Made by a program: the position numbers and the translations under genes. A DNA stretch of 64,000 bases. It comes from Alphaproteobacteria bacterium (GTDB lineage Bacteria > Pseudomonadota > Alphaproteobacteria > GCA-2731375). Where the stretch lies: assembly GCA_965225945.1 (NCBI GenBank), contig CBDDBZ010000034.1:288001-352000 (forward strand). The letters are read 5' to 3'. Shown one piece after another: positions 1-10,096 of this stretch (position 1 is its first letter; every line of letters starts with the position of its first letter). The notes beneath the pieces are model-generated. The model saw only the letters and a list, made by a program, of their open reading frames with translations, was not told the DNA's origin and ran no database searches.

Positions 1-668
1 GTCGCTGGCGAAGGGGGAGACGGTGAAGGCCTCGGCGGCGCGCTGCGACGTGGCGGTGAGCACGGCAGTTCCGCTGGCGTCACCGGTTTCTGGCGGCGGC
101 GCGGAGCGATTCGGAGGTGCTCAAGGGGATCGCTGGAAGCGGACGAGACCTACGTCGCTCACCGGGCGAGCCGGAAGGGACGCGCGCGGGCTGGGGCGCG
201 CCGGCACGGCGGCAAGCGCGGCAAGGCGAAGAAGCGCGGCCCGTTCGCGCGAGCAGGTACCGGTTCTCATGGCGGCGGACCGGAGCGGAACGCCCGTCAG
301 CGCGGTGCTGCCCAGGGTCGATGCGGCGGCGCTCACGGCTGCCCTCGACCCGGTGGCCGCGAAGGACGCCCTGCTGGTCTCCGACGGCGGCGCGAACTAC
401 CCACCGTGCGCCGCCGCGCAAGGGTGAGCCACGAAGCACCAACCGCTCGATGGGGGCGGGTTCGGTGGCGGCCTGCATGTGCAGGGTGAACAGCCACCAC
501 AGCCGGTCTGAAGGACTTCCTGCGTCCCCGCCGCGCATCGCCAAACCCGCTATCTGGACAACTACCTGAGCTGCGTTCCAATAACCGGCCTCGCCCCCGG
601 CGCCAATGATCGAGGCCTGCCTCGCCGCCGCCGTAACAAGGTGACGCATACAATTCACGAATTGAGCC
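1..668 (+). pseudogene. Degraded IS1595-family (ISXO2-like) transposase 3' part and right end
   Basis: Frameshifted peptides SREQVPVLMAADRSG...LVSDGGANYPPCAA and VNSHHSR...YLDNYL-like; the end ...attcacgaattgagcc (668) abuts IS91-like sequence. Confidence 0.75.
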
Positions 669-1174
669 AACAAGAATGGGTCGTCTACGCCAAGCCGCCC
701 TTCGGCGGACCAGAGGCCGTGCTCGCCTATCTCTCCCGCTACACCCACCGTGTCGCCATCTCGAACAGCCGCCTGGTCAGCTGCGACAGCCAAGGCGTCA
801 TCTTCAAGTACAAGGACTACCGGCGCAAAGGACGCGAGCGCTACAAGACCTTGCCCCTGGCCGTGCCCGAGTTCATCCGCCGCTTCCTCCTCCATGTCCT
901 GCCCTCGGGCTTTCACCGCATCCGCCATTACGGCCTCTTCGCCAACGGCGGTCGCACCCGCAACATCTCCCTTGCCCGCGAACTGCTTGCCATGCCGGCA
1001 CCGGAGAGTGAGGCCGACGATGCCGCGAGTGACGATGATACCGAACCGCCGTCCCTCTCAGAGCCCTGCCCGCAGTGCGGCGGCCGTATGATCGTCATCG
1101 AGCGCTTCGAGGCCGGCGCCCAACCACGCGCCCCGCCCCGTGCACGGCCCCTGGCCAGGGCCACGGCAGCATGA
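669..1174 (+). pseudogene. IS91-like (Y2) transposase, C-terminal fragment (5' interrupted by IS1595)
   Basis: EWVVYAKPPFGGPEAVLAYLSRYTHRVAISNSRL, GFHRIRHYG, C-terminal CPxCGG; 669-987 is the reverse complement of 23024-23342. Confidence 0.9.
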
Positions 1175-1446
1175 CCGACACCGCTTCGAATAACGCTATT
1201 GCCGCCGCTCACCCGCGGCCACGATCCCGCTCGCCGCAACACCATCGAGCGCGCAGGGAACCACCTGCGAGACCCGCCGGCATCGACCCGAAGTCGCCAT
1301 CAAACCACCCTGCCGGTGTCGTCGCCAATCAGATCCGAGCCATCCAGCAGCGCCGGCCACCCGAGAAAGCTGGCCCGCCGCTCGCAAATCCCCATAGACC
1401 GAGCGTGCCGCACCGCCGAGCCTAGTCCTGCCCGCGGTTTCCTCCC

Positions 1447-1526
1447 TTGAGCGTTGTCCGACACCTGCCGATCCAGTCCGCCGGATGCAACCCCTGCGCC
1501 TCGGCAGGTGTCCGACAACGCTTAAC
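1447..1526. repeat. 25-bp-arm terminal hairpin of the YR/Y2 element
   Basis: ttgagcgttgtccgacacctgccga (1447-1471) pairs with tcggcaggtgtccgacaacgcttaa (1501-1525), 2 mismatches. Confidence 0.8.
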
Positions 1527-1706
1527 AGGGGCTGCCGCTTGAATGGTCTCATGGATCGTCCGGACCTGGGGGTACACCGGACGTGATCCGAGCGAAAGAT
1601 GGTATATCGCGGCGGCTGTGGCTGATGATATCAGGATGATGGCAGCCCCTTCACGCATGATCGTTCAATCGGGGTCGCCCTGACCTCGAACATCGAGGAA
1701 GGAGCG

Positions 1707-2759
1707 ATGACGATGGCACATTTCGTAGGTCTGGATGTTTCGGTGAAGGAGACGGCGGTATGCGTCGTCGACGAGGTTGGCGAGGTGGTGTTGGAGCGGA
1801 AAGTACCGACCGAGCCGGACGACATCGTCACGCTGCTGACCTCGATCGGCGTGGCCTATGGCCGGATCGGGATCGAAGCCGGTCCGCTCTCGCAATGGCT
1901 GGTCAACGGTCTTGCCGCCGCCGGGCTGCCGGTTGTCTGCGTCGAGACTCGGCACATGAAAGCACTGCTCAAGGGGCAGCAGATCAACAAGAGCGACCGC
2001 AACGATGCGCGCGGCATCGCCCAGATGATGCGGGTCGGGCTGTTCAAGCCGGTGCATGTGAAGACCCTGGTTGCCCAGGAGCAGCGGATGCTGCTGACCA
2101 GCCGCAAGCTGCTCCAGAGAAAACTGCTCGACGTCGAGAACGATCTACGCGGGACGCTGCGCAACTTCGGTCTCAAGGTGGGCATGGTCAGCACCCGCGG
2201 GTACGAGGCGCGGATCCGCGAGCTGGTCGAAGACTTTCCGAAGCTGGCCGCTATTGTGGAACCGCTGCTCACCGTCCGGCGAGTGATGCGCCAGCAATTC
2301 GCGGTCCTCCACAAAATGGTGCTCGACACGGTCCGCCATGACCCGGTCTGCCGACGGCTCATGACGGCACCCGGCGTCGGCGTGGTCGTCGCGCTGACCT
2401 ACCGGGCTACCATTGATCAGCCGCAGCGCTTCGTTCACTCCAGGGCGGTCGGCGCGCATGTCGGCCTGACGCCGAAGCGCTTCCAGTCCGGCGAGATCGA
2501 CTATGATGGTCGCGTGTCCAAGTGCGGCGACAGCATGCTCCGCACGATGCTGTACGAGGCCGCGCAGTCCCTCCTCGCCCACGGCCGGAAATGGTCCTGG
2601 CTGAAGGCGTGGGGCATGCGAGTGGCCCAGCGACGTGGCATGCGCCGTGCCATCGTCGCCGTCGCGAGGCGCCTGGCCGTAGTTCTGCACCGCATGTGGG
2701 TCGACGGCACCGAGTTCCGCTGGAGCAACGGCCCTGCTGACGCCGTCAAGGCGGATTGA
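1707..2759 (+). CDS. IS110 family transposase
   Basis: GLDVS, IEAG and KSDRNDA (DEDD RuvC-like), QSGE serine motif, GRVSKCGD; RBS aggag. Confidence 0.95.
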   Translation: MTMAHFVGLDVSVKETAVCVVDEVGEVVLERKVPTEPDDIVTLLTSIGVAYGRIGIEAGPLSQWLVNGLAAAGLPVVCVETRHMKALLKGQQINKSDRNDARGIAQMMRVGLFKPVHVKTLVAQEQRMLLTSRKLLQRKLLDVENDLRGTLRNFGLKVGMVSTRGYEARIRELVEDFPKLAAIVEPLLTVRRVMRQQFAVLHKMVLDTVRHDPVCRRLMTAPGVGVVVALTYRATIDQPQRFVHSRAVGAHVGLTPKRFQSGEIDYDGRVSKCGDSMLRTMLYEAAQSLLAHGRKWSWLKAWGMRVAQRRGMRRAIVAVARRLAVVLHRMWVDGTEFRWSNGPADAVKAD

Positions 2760-3057
2760 ACCTTCGACTGTACTGACAAGGAGATCAACGAGTTCTGCTT
2801 AGGCAGAGAGATGTCCTCACGGGAACGACGGGTGGGGTGAGTTCGTAATGTCGGTAGACCCTGCCGCTGACCGGCGGCAAGGACGCGCGAAAGATTGAAC
2901 CGCCTCATCCTCTTATCCCATCATGAGGTGGTCACGCGCCAACCTCGAAGAGAAGCAAGAGCCCCGTGCGGCAACATCCGCCAGTGCGGAACGACGTGAA
3001 GAAGGAATATGGCATGACGTAACCAGAAAGGGCTTGACCGAGGACGCGATAGAGAAG
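2760..3057 (+). ncRNA. Candidate bridge/seek RNA region of the IS1111-type element
   Basis: Long non-coding segment downstream of tnp inside the element, the known location of this RNA in IS1111-type elements; structure not computed. Confidence 0.55.
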
Positions 3058-3152
3058 CCGACATTCGGCCGCCAACGTCGGCTTTCGGGGGGAGACTCCC
3101 CGTCGGGCCGAGGTGGCAGATTCGGTGATTCTTAGCCACTAACGTGACATTC
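3055..3152. repeat. REP-like palindromic repeat cluster
   Basis: aagccgacatt...aacgtcggcttt hairpin and cttagccactaacgtgacattc unit; related motifs at 3535-3635 and 25092-25190. Confidence 0.6.
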
Positions 3153-3191
3153 CCCTTAGCTAATGTATGCGCAGTTACCCCTTTATCTGCG

Positions 3192-3401
3192 TCAATCAAT
3201 GCGCCGTATTGTTGCGCCCGGATGTGCAAGCTCGTGAAGAAGATCGTCCAAGTACGTCGGGATTTCCTCTGCCGACATCGAAGAGGGTATGACGATGCCG
3301 AACTCCGGGCGTCGCTTGCCGTTATCCGATCGATAAACGACCCAAGACCCAGCTTTGCGAATTACCTCTATTCGGTATCTGCCGTAAATATCAAATTTCA
3401 T
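3192..3401 (-). CDS. Small hypothetical protein (69 aa), lower GC, cassette-like
   Basis: MKFDIYGRYRIEVIRKAGSWVVYR...YLDDLLHE, protein-like composition, flanked by palindromic repeats. Confidence 0.7.
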   Translation of the reverse strand: MKFDIYGRYRIEVIRKAGSWVVYRSDNGKRRPEFGIVIPSSMSAEEIPTYLDDLLHELAHPGATIRRID

Positions 3402-3682
3402 GTCATTCAGGCCCATCCCGCCAGTCCGACGATGCCCGCAGGCCCCAGCAACGTATCATCACTTCGACCGTCAATCGGCGTCCCCCGAGCCCGTCGCCTG
3501 CCTTGGTTCACCCCAGCCAAACTCCGTAAGCTTGCGAGTGTCTAAAGTGGCTCAATATTCTCCGGTTGGCGCCCGCTAATGTTACGGAGAGTCTTGGGGG
3601 TGAACCGGAAGTGGATCGGTGAAACCGGACATATGGCCCATTTGCCGCCCTATGGCGCCGAGGCCACTCGCGCGGCGCGGCG

Positions 3683-4324
3683 TCAGGCGGGCGAGCGGCG
3701 GCGGGCGTGGACGAGAATGAGCGGGTCGGTGACGCCGAGTGTGCCCTCGACCAGGGTGTCGGTGCCGATGGCCTCGAAAGCCTCGGCGCGATCGAGGTAG
3801 CGCGCGACCAGCCGGCCGCGATCCAGCTCGCCCAGCGCCTGCCAGATCCGCACCGCCTTGGTCGGAAACATCCGGTTGGATATCGAGATCAGGAACGGCG
3901 CCCCCGGGCCGAGGACCCGGGCGACGTCGGCGAACACCTCCACCGGGCGGGTCAGATACTGCGCCGAGACGCTCAGCAGGCAGGCGGCGAAGCGGGCATC
4001 GGCGAAGGGCAGGCGGGGCGTCGTGTTGAGGTTGTGCACGACGTGCTCGCTCAATTGCTCGTTGGCCGCCATTTCCTCGCCGTTGAGGCCGAGACCGACC
4101 ACGGCGCGCGGCGGCGCATCGGTGGGCAGATGCGAATAGCGGCTCGACATCAAATCGAGGATCTCGCCTTCCTCGGGCAGCGTTCGGGCAAAACAGCCGG
4201 CGAGCGCCGCCCGGGCGCCCTCGTCGATGTGGGCCACGTGGCGGGCCATTGTGTAGAAGTCCTCGTCCGCGCTCTCGTCCTGGCGCTGGAAATGCTCGGG
4301 CGGGAGGGGAGGGGTCTCGGGCAT
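3683..4324 (-). CDS. Class I SAM-dependent methyltransferase
   Basis: ILDLMSSRYSHLP, VGLGLNGEEM, SNRMFPTKAV. Confidence 0.85.
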   Translation of the reverse strand: MPETPPLPPEHFQRQDESADEDFYTMARHVAHIDEGARAALAGCFARTLPEEGEILDLMSSRYSHLPTDAPPRAVVGLGLNGEEMAANEQLSEHVVHNLNTTPRLPFADARFAACLLSVSAQYLTRPVEVFADVARVLGPGAPFLISISNRMFPTKAVRIWQALGELDRGRLVARYLDRAEAFEAIGTDTLVEGTLGVTDPLILVHARRRSPA

Positions 4325-4334
4325 CGGCGGCAGG

Positions 4335-5534
4335 CTATTCCCGCTTCAGCGGAGGGACGATGTGGTCCTCGTCGAGGTCGAGCTCGTAGAGCGCCACGTT
4401 GTGGAGGCTGAAATCCGCCGGCGGCGCCATGATCGGGCCAATCGCCCCGTCGCGGAACAGCAGCTCCAGGCGGCTGCCCTTGAAGATCGCGTGTGCGCCG
4501 CCCAGCGTCAGCGCCGAGCGCGTGATCCGGCTCACCGCCTCGCCGACGAGGTATTTGGCCCGGAACAACGCCGCCGTCACCGCCGCCGTCGGGCCCTCTC
4601 GGTCGCGCATCGAGGCGGCGTGGTAGGTCGCCAGGCGGGCCGCCTCCAGCTCGGCGCTCATCTCCGCCACCCGGCGCCGGACGTCGGGATGATAGGCCAG
4701 CGACTGCGCATAGCCCGGCGGGCGGCGGTCCTTCACCACCCGGCGGACCTCGTCGTAGGCGGCCTGGGCCACCCCCAGATAGACCGCGGTGTAGGAGCCC
4801 CAGAGCCAGTTGGCGTGCTTCTGGCGGAACGGCCGGATGTCCTCGCCGCGCCACAGCGTCCGACTCTCCGCTACCCGGCAGTTCTCCAAAATCAGGGAAT
4901 CGCTCCGCGTCGCGCGCATGCCGAGGGTGTCCCAGTTGGCGTCCACGCTACGGCCCTCGAGGGTGCGCGGGATCAACAGCAGCAGGCCGGCCCAGCGTTC
5001 CTTTGCGTCCTCGGGATAGGTCATCACCGCGCAATGGTCGGCCGCCTCCAGCATGGAAGCGAACATCTTTCGGCCCGTGACCTCCCAGCCGCCCTCGATG
5101 CGCCGGGCCCGCGTCGCGATATGGCGCTCGCCGATCAGCGAGGTGCTGCTGGCCTCGGAAAAGTTGCCGGCGATGAGCGCCTTCTCGTCCACCACCAGGC
5201 CGGCAATCAGCCGCTTGGCGTCCTCGCCCACTTCGTCGCTTTCCAGCAGCGGCCCGACCATCGAGGCGTGCATGTTGTAGGCGAGCGCGGTGGAGGGACA
5301 GCCCGCGCCCAAGGCCTCGAAGGCGAGCGTGTGGCCGAGAAAGTCGATGCCCCGCCCGCCCCACCTCTCGGGCACGTTCAGGGCGTGGAAACCTTCCTCG
5401 CGGAGGATGGCGTAGTTCTCAGCTGGGTGACTGGCGTCACGGTCGTGCTCGGCCGAGCGGGTGGCGAATTCCGCCGCCAGCTCCCGGCAGCGATCCTGGA
5501 GCGCGATTTGCGCCTCGCTGAATTGCCAACTCAC
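4335..5534 (-). CDS. Acyl-CoA dehydrogenase family protein
   Basis: GRKMFASM, WDTLGMRATRSDSL, LELLFRDG. Confidence 0.9.
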   Translation of the reverse strand: MSWQFSEAQIALQDRCRELAAEFATRSAEHDRDASHPAENYAILREEGFHALNVPERWGGRGIDFLGHTLAFEALGAGCPSTALAYNMHASMVGPLLESDEVGEDAKRLIAGLVVDEKALIAGNFSEASSTSLIGERHIATRARRIEGGWEVTGRKMFASMLEAADHCAVMTYPEDAKERWAGLLLLIPRTLEGRSVDANWDTLGMRATRSDSLILENCRVAESRTLWRGEDIRPFRQKHANWLWGSYTAVYLGVAQAAYDEVRRVVKDRRPPGYAQSLAYHPDVRRRVAEMSAELEAARLATYHAASMRDREGPTAAVTAALFRAKYLVGEAVSRITRSALTLGGAHAIFKGSRLELLFRDGAIGPIMAPPADFSLHNVALYELDLDEDHIVPPLKRE

Positions 5535-5743
5535 GGTACTTTTCCCTCCCCGCGATCTCGCCCGCCCCCCCCCCGAGACGGGCGAGCATCACGGCACGTC
5601 GAGGATTACATAATGCTGTCGAGCCTCGCCCGACGCCAGGGCGATGCGCGGGCCGAGGGTGGATTTGGCCGACCAAACCGGGAAAAGGGTTATCGAGGCG
5701 AAGGCCAGAGGGACGTTTTCACGCTCGACGAGGTCGCCCACGC

Positions 5744-7240
5744 TCACCCTGGGTGCGCCGGGCCGAGCGGGTAGAGGCGCACGCCGGAGCGCAGCTTTCG
5801 ATAGGGATGGGCCGCCGGGTTGGCGACATAGCCGCCGGGCGCGATCGCCACCAGCACCGCCGCCGCGATCGGCTCGAAGTCGGCCCGAAAGTGGCAAGTG
5901 CTCTTCAGCACGACGATCGAAGCGCGCTCCGGCTCGATACCCAGATAGCGGAACATGGCGCGATCGTGAACCTGGGCCCGTCGGCTGCTGACCGCCACCT
6001 CGACGCCACCGATCGAGAGCACCGCCGAGGGTCCGACGTCATAGTGGCGACCCTGGGCCACCGGTCCCGGCGCGATAAAGCGCCCGTCGGCCAGAGCCTC
6101 GACCCGGAAGCGGCCCTCGAAGGGTGCGACGCCGGCGATCTCGGCGCGGCCCCCCAGCGCCAGGTCGAGCTCGGCCCCGGCGCCGGCCTGGTGCGCGGCC
6201 CGGGCGGCAGCCGCATCGCAAACCAGGCCGAAAATCGAGTCCTCGGCCCCGCCTCGAAGCAGCGCCGCGAGCATCTCCACGCTATCGCCGCTGCCACCAC
6301 AGCCGGGGTTGTCCTGCGTGTCGGCAACGACGACCGGGCGCGTCGCGCCGACGGCGAGACGCATCGCCTCCGCCACCGCCTCGTCCGGCGATAGCAACGG
6401 CTCGGCGAATTCGGCCTCCTTCAGGCCAACCAGCTGGGCGAGTTCGTCCGCCGCCGCGTCGGCCGCCGCTTGGCCGTGGGCATGGGCGACGGTGGCGGGG
6501 CCGCACTCCGCCAGGTCGGAGGGCGGAAAGCCGGCCAGGTAGGCGAGCGAGACGACCTCGCCGGTGGCGCCTGCGGCCGCCGCCTCGACGATTCCCCTGG
6601 AGGGCTCGACCAGCGTGCACTGGAAATTGAGCGGCAGCAGAAAGGGCAGCTTGCGCAAGGCCCGCCCGTCGGTGCGGCCTTCGAGCACGAGCCGCGCCAT
6701 GGCCGCCGCCGCCCGCTCGCCGGCGGCGCGCTGATCGACATGGGGATAGGTCCGGTAGGGCAGGATGGCATCGGCCATGGCGACCATCCGCCGGGTGACG
6801 TTTGCGTGGTAGTCGAGAGAGATGACGATCGGCGTCGCCTCACCGACGATGGCCCGGACCCGGGCCAGCAGCTCGCCCTCGCCGTCCTGGTGATTCGAAG
6901 CCACCATGGCGCCGTGCAGATCGAGATAGACGCCGTTCACCGGCAGCTGCTCGGCCAGGCGCGCCGAGAGCTCGGCCGCGATCCGCTCGTAGGCCTCGGC
7001 GGTAACGGTGCCGCCGGCCGTAGCGCCGGCCCACAGCAGCGGGCTCAGCTCGTGAGTGTCGTCGATGCCGGCGAGGAAGCCCGCGGTGGCGCCGCCGGAG
7101 GGGCCGAGCGTCTCGATGATCTCCTGGCCGCGCAGAATTCCCGGCCTATCGGCCGGCCTGGCGAACTGCTCGAAATCGGTTCGCTCGGGCACGAAGCAGT
7201 TGGTCTCGTGCATGAAGCCGCCAATCGCGATCCGTGCCAT
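5744..7240 (-). CDS. M81 family metallopeptidase (MlrC-like)
   Basis: IGGFMHETNCF, LDLHGAM, DYHAN, YRTYPHVD, DTQDNPGCG, KSTCHFRADF. Confidence 0.92.
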   Translation of the reverse strand: MARIAIGGFMHETNCFVPERTDFEQFARPADRPGILRGQEIIETLGPSGGATAGFLAGIDDTHELSPLLWAGATAGGTVTAEAYERIAAELSARLAEQLPVNGVYLDLHGAMVASNHQDGEGELLARVRAIVGEATPIVISLDYHANVTRRMVAMADAILPYRTYPHVDQRAAGERAAAAMARLVLEGRTDGRALRKLPFLLPLNFQCTLVEPSRGIVEAAAAGATGEVVSLAYLAGFPPSDLAECGPATVAHAHGQAAADAAADELAQLVGLKEAEFAEPLLSPDEAVAEAMRLAVGATRPVVVADTQDNPGCGGSGDSVEMLAALLRGGAEDSIFGLVCDAAAARAAHQAGAGAELDLALGGRAEIAGVAPFEGRFRVEALADGRFIAPGPVAQGRHYDVGPSAVLSIGGVEVAVSSRRAQVHDRAMFRYLGIEPERASIVVLKSTCHFRADFEPIAAAVLVAIAPGGYVANPAAHPYRKLRSGVRLYPLGPAHPG

Positions 7241-7396
7241 CGCGGGCCTCCCTTCCTCGATCCTCTCGGCCAGCGCCCAGGGAAGCGCGCACAAACCAGG
7301 GGACGCCCGTCCCAGGCAGGGCACCCCCCAAGCCATCGCCTTCCCTGTCGAGGCGAAATCCCACCACCCTCGAGCACGATCCAGTGACGCCTCGAA

Positions 7397-7535
7397 AATG
7401 GTCCCCGTATTCCTTGTCAGGCGATGCGGCAACCCCGGCGCCACGACGCGTGCCGAGCGGGCCATGTTTCCATCTTACGGGAAGGGATGAGAGCGTCAAG
7501 GAAACGCTATACTGTCTACTGTCTGCGAAATTTCA
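7397..7535 (-). pseudogene. RAYT (Y1 HUH transposase) N-terminal remnant bracketed by REP-like motifs
   Basis: MARSARVVAPGLPHRLT resembles the RAYT N-terminus MARLARVV.PG.PHHVTQRG; ends at ggtccccgtattcc; ctgtctgcgaaatt on the other side. Confidence 0.65.
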
Positions 7536-7546
7536 GCCCGGACGCG

Positions 7547-8765
7547 ATGATCATCCCCCTGCTTTATTACGCGCTGCTCTTGGTATGGCCGCTGTTTCTC
7601 TGGCCGGCGTTCCGCCTTTCCGGATGGCGGCGTGCCTGGTTGTTCGCCATCGCCGCCGCCGGCCTCGCCGCCCTGCTCTACGAACTCTGGATGACGTTCG
7701 TCGTCGGCGCGAATATCCGCCTCGATATCCTGCTCCTCGTGGTCGTCCTGCTGCTGCTCTATGGCGGCGCGGTGCTGGTTTTGCTCATGAGTGCGTATCG
7801 CCGGCTGGGCATCGTCGTTCTGGTGGTGTTGGCCTTGCTCGGCGGCGGCATGATCTATGTCTGGATCCAAATCACCCAGGATTCCGCCGATCTGATGGCG
7901 AACTTCGAGGAGCGAAACAAGCTGCTCTTCGAGGCCAAGTTCCGCAGCTTCGACGATTATGCCGACTATTTCCGCCTTTTCGATGCCCGCCCGACGCCCT
8001 TTCCGGCGGGCCACTATCAAGCCTCGGCGTCGGGGTATTTTACCCGCCTGATCGTCAATCCCGTGGGCGAGGCCTGGATTTTCTACAACTGCGGCCAGAC
8101 CGAGTGGCCACTACGGCCCGAACGGCGAACGCCTAAAGGCGGTACCAGAGGGTGGCGGCGAGGCCTGGGATGTCCGGCTTCGCCAGCGCACCGCGGCACC
8201 CGTCGACTTCCGCATCCGGCGGCAATCGCCGGAGCGGGTAGCGGTCACGATGAACCGAGGGGAGACGATTTTCACCAAATCGCAAGCGCCGATCGCGGCC
8301 TCGCCCGCGCCCGGGAAACTGGTCTATCACGGCGCCTTCGCAGGCCTCGAATGCAACAAGGCGGCGGCCGACGTGCGCCAGCTCTGGCTCTGGCGGGACG
8401 GCCCCCGGCTCTACGCGGTCGGTATCTTCACGATCCTGCTGGCGGGTAGCAAGGCGAACTTTTTAGACATCTCGCTGCTTGGCGAAGCGACCCGCCTCGA
8501 GGGTGCGGGCGAGGAACGCTGGTCCTTCGCCTGGCAACGCGACTCGCGTCCATGGACGGCGGAGATAACGCTCGAGGATGGCGAGCCGAGGCTTCACCTG
8601 ACCAGGCGGGGCGAGGCCTTGGCGCCACTGGCGTTGGTCCGCCGCGCGCTCATTCGCGACGACGCCATCGACCTCGCGCCCCTGAGTTCGCCGGAAGACT
8701 GGCGGCACTGGTTCCAGGTCGTCTTGGTCGGCCACTTCGCTTCGGGCGAAATCCCGGCCTGTTGA
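7547..8765 (+). pseudogene. Membrane protein (4 N-terminal TM helices), frameshift near 8107
   Basis: Removing one base in gagtggccac joins ...YNCGQTE to CHYGPNGERL...MNRGETIF. Confidence 0.7.
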
Positions 8766-8818
8766 TCCCTCGATCGGGATCAGGATAGGGGGCACGCCAC
8801 GCCACGACCGTCGCCGAA

Positions 8819-9787
8819 TTATCGAGCGCTCGAGAGGGCGCGATAGCGCGGCGGGGACTGGTTTCGGCTGATCGAGGGCGTGACCTCGCGCCGCAGCTTG
8901 CGCAAGAAGGCGCGGGTGAAATCGTCGTAATCCTCCGCGATTTCCACGAACGCGCCCGGTCCCGATATGACGTTCACGCGGTAATAGATGTCGAGGCCAT
9001 AGGTATCCTCGAGGATCGGCAGGCCGTTGATCTCTATCCCGAGCGCGGCTGCCCGCCGCCGCGCCTGGAAAAGCAGCGGAGCGACATTCTCCCGGCCGTC
9101 GCCCGATATGTCGATCTTCAAGCGCCGGCCGTCGTAGGCGTTCTCGGCGATGAGGCGAACGCCGAAGTCGATCGCGCTTCCAATGCTGGTCATTTGGCGG
9201 GCCGGATCGCGCTCGACGTTCGCCACCTTGGCGGCGAACGACAAGATGCTGGGCGCATCGCTGAGCAGGTGCCAGGGAATCATGCGCTGGGTGTCGATCT
9301 TCTCGCTCCATTGGAAAAGGGTTACGGCCACGCCGTTCTGCTGGCCGATGAGATCGATAATCTCGGGCTCCCGAAAGGCCCCGGCTATTCCGGCCATTTG
9401 CAGCTGGAATTCACGATCGTCGACGCTCAGCGAGCTATCGACGGCGAGCACGAGTTCGATCGAAACGGGGACCACCGCCCGCGCCTCTCCCCCAGAAGCC
9501 GGCGCCACGGCCACCGCCGAGGCCGCCTGGAACCTTGCCACCGACCGCCTCGGGCCGATAAAGCGGACGTCGCCGGTCGGCTCGGGGGCGGGTCGGAAAA
9601 AGCCGGCCTCGAAGGTCGATTCCCCGCCGACGGCCGGCTCGCCCGAGAGGGCCGGGGGCACGGGGTCGAGCGTCCATGCCCAGACGGCCAGGGCGGCAAT
9701 GCCGGCCAGGGCGAAAACGGCCCGGCCGAGCCGGGACGGCCAGAGTGCCACCCTCCCTTCGCGGCGCTTGCGTGAAAGTTGCTTCAC
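8819..9787 (-). CDS. DUF1194 (vWA-like) domain protein
   Basis: ELVLAVDSSLSVDDREFQLQ, IDISGDGREN, VISGPGAFV. Confidence 0.9.
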   Translation of the reverse strand: MKQLSRKRREGRVALWPSRLGRAVFALAGIAALAVWAWTLDPVPPALSGEPAVGGESTFEAGFFRPAPEPTGDVRFIGPRRSVARFQAASAVAVAPASGGEARAVVPVSIELVLAVDSSLSVDDREFQLQMAGIAGAFREPEIIDLIGQQNGVAVTLFQWSEKIDTQRMIPWHLLSDAPSILSFAAKVANVERDPARQMTSIGSAIDFGVRLIAENAYDGRRLKIDISGDGRENVAPLLFQARRRAAALGIEINGLPILEDTYGLDIYYRVNVISGPGAFVEIAEDYDDFTRAFLRKLRREVTPSISRNQSPPRYRALSSAR

Positions 9788-9823
9788 GGATGCCCCCTCG
9801 GGTTTTCCGGGGATCGGGGTTTT

Positions 9824-9971
9824 CCGGAGACATGTCGTAATCGAGTAGGGTCACCCACCTGCTGACACGAAGTCGGCCCAGGCTTGAAATCCATTGGGCC
9901 GCTTCAAGAATGAGGATGATCCATGCACGAAGTCTATGCCGGATTGGACGATTTCGGCAAGCAGACCCACA
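9824..9971 (+). mobile_element. IS110 left-end remnant (copy 1)
   Basis: Encodes VYAGLDDFGKQTH; inverted homolog of 11178-11328. Confidence 0.65.
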
Positions 9972-10096
9972 GTTGCCCAGCCGGCGCTCGGCCCACGCCA
10001 CAGCGACCTCGGAATTGCCATCGAGAGCCCGAATGGCTACTCTGAGCGCCCAGAACGGCGGTCGTCCGGGAAATGTCGGGTTGGAGGAAGATCGAA

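Larger units (their letters stand above)
1527..3057 (+). mobile_element. IS110 family element (IS1111-like layout), left end apparently truncated
   Basis: Transposase plus ~300 nt 3' non-coding region ending TTGACC...atagagaag; left stem aggggctgcc/ggcagcccct (1527-1536/1641-1650). Confidence 0.8.
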
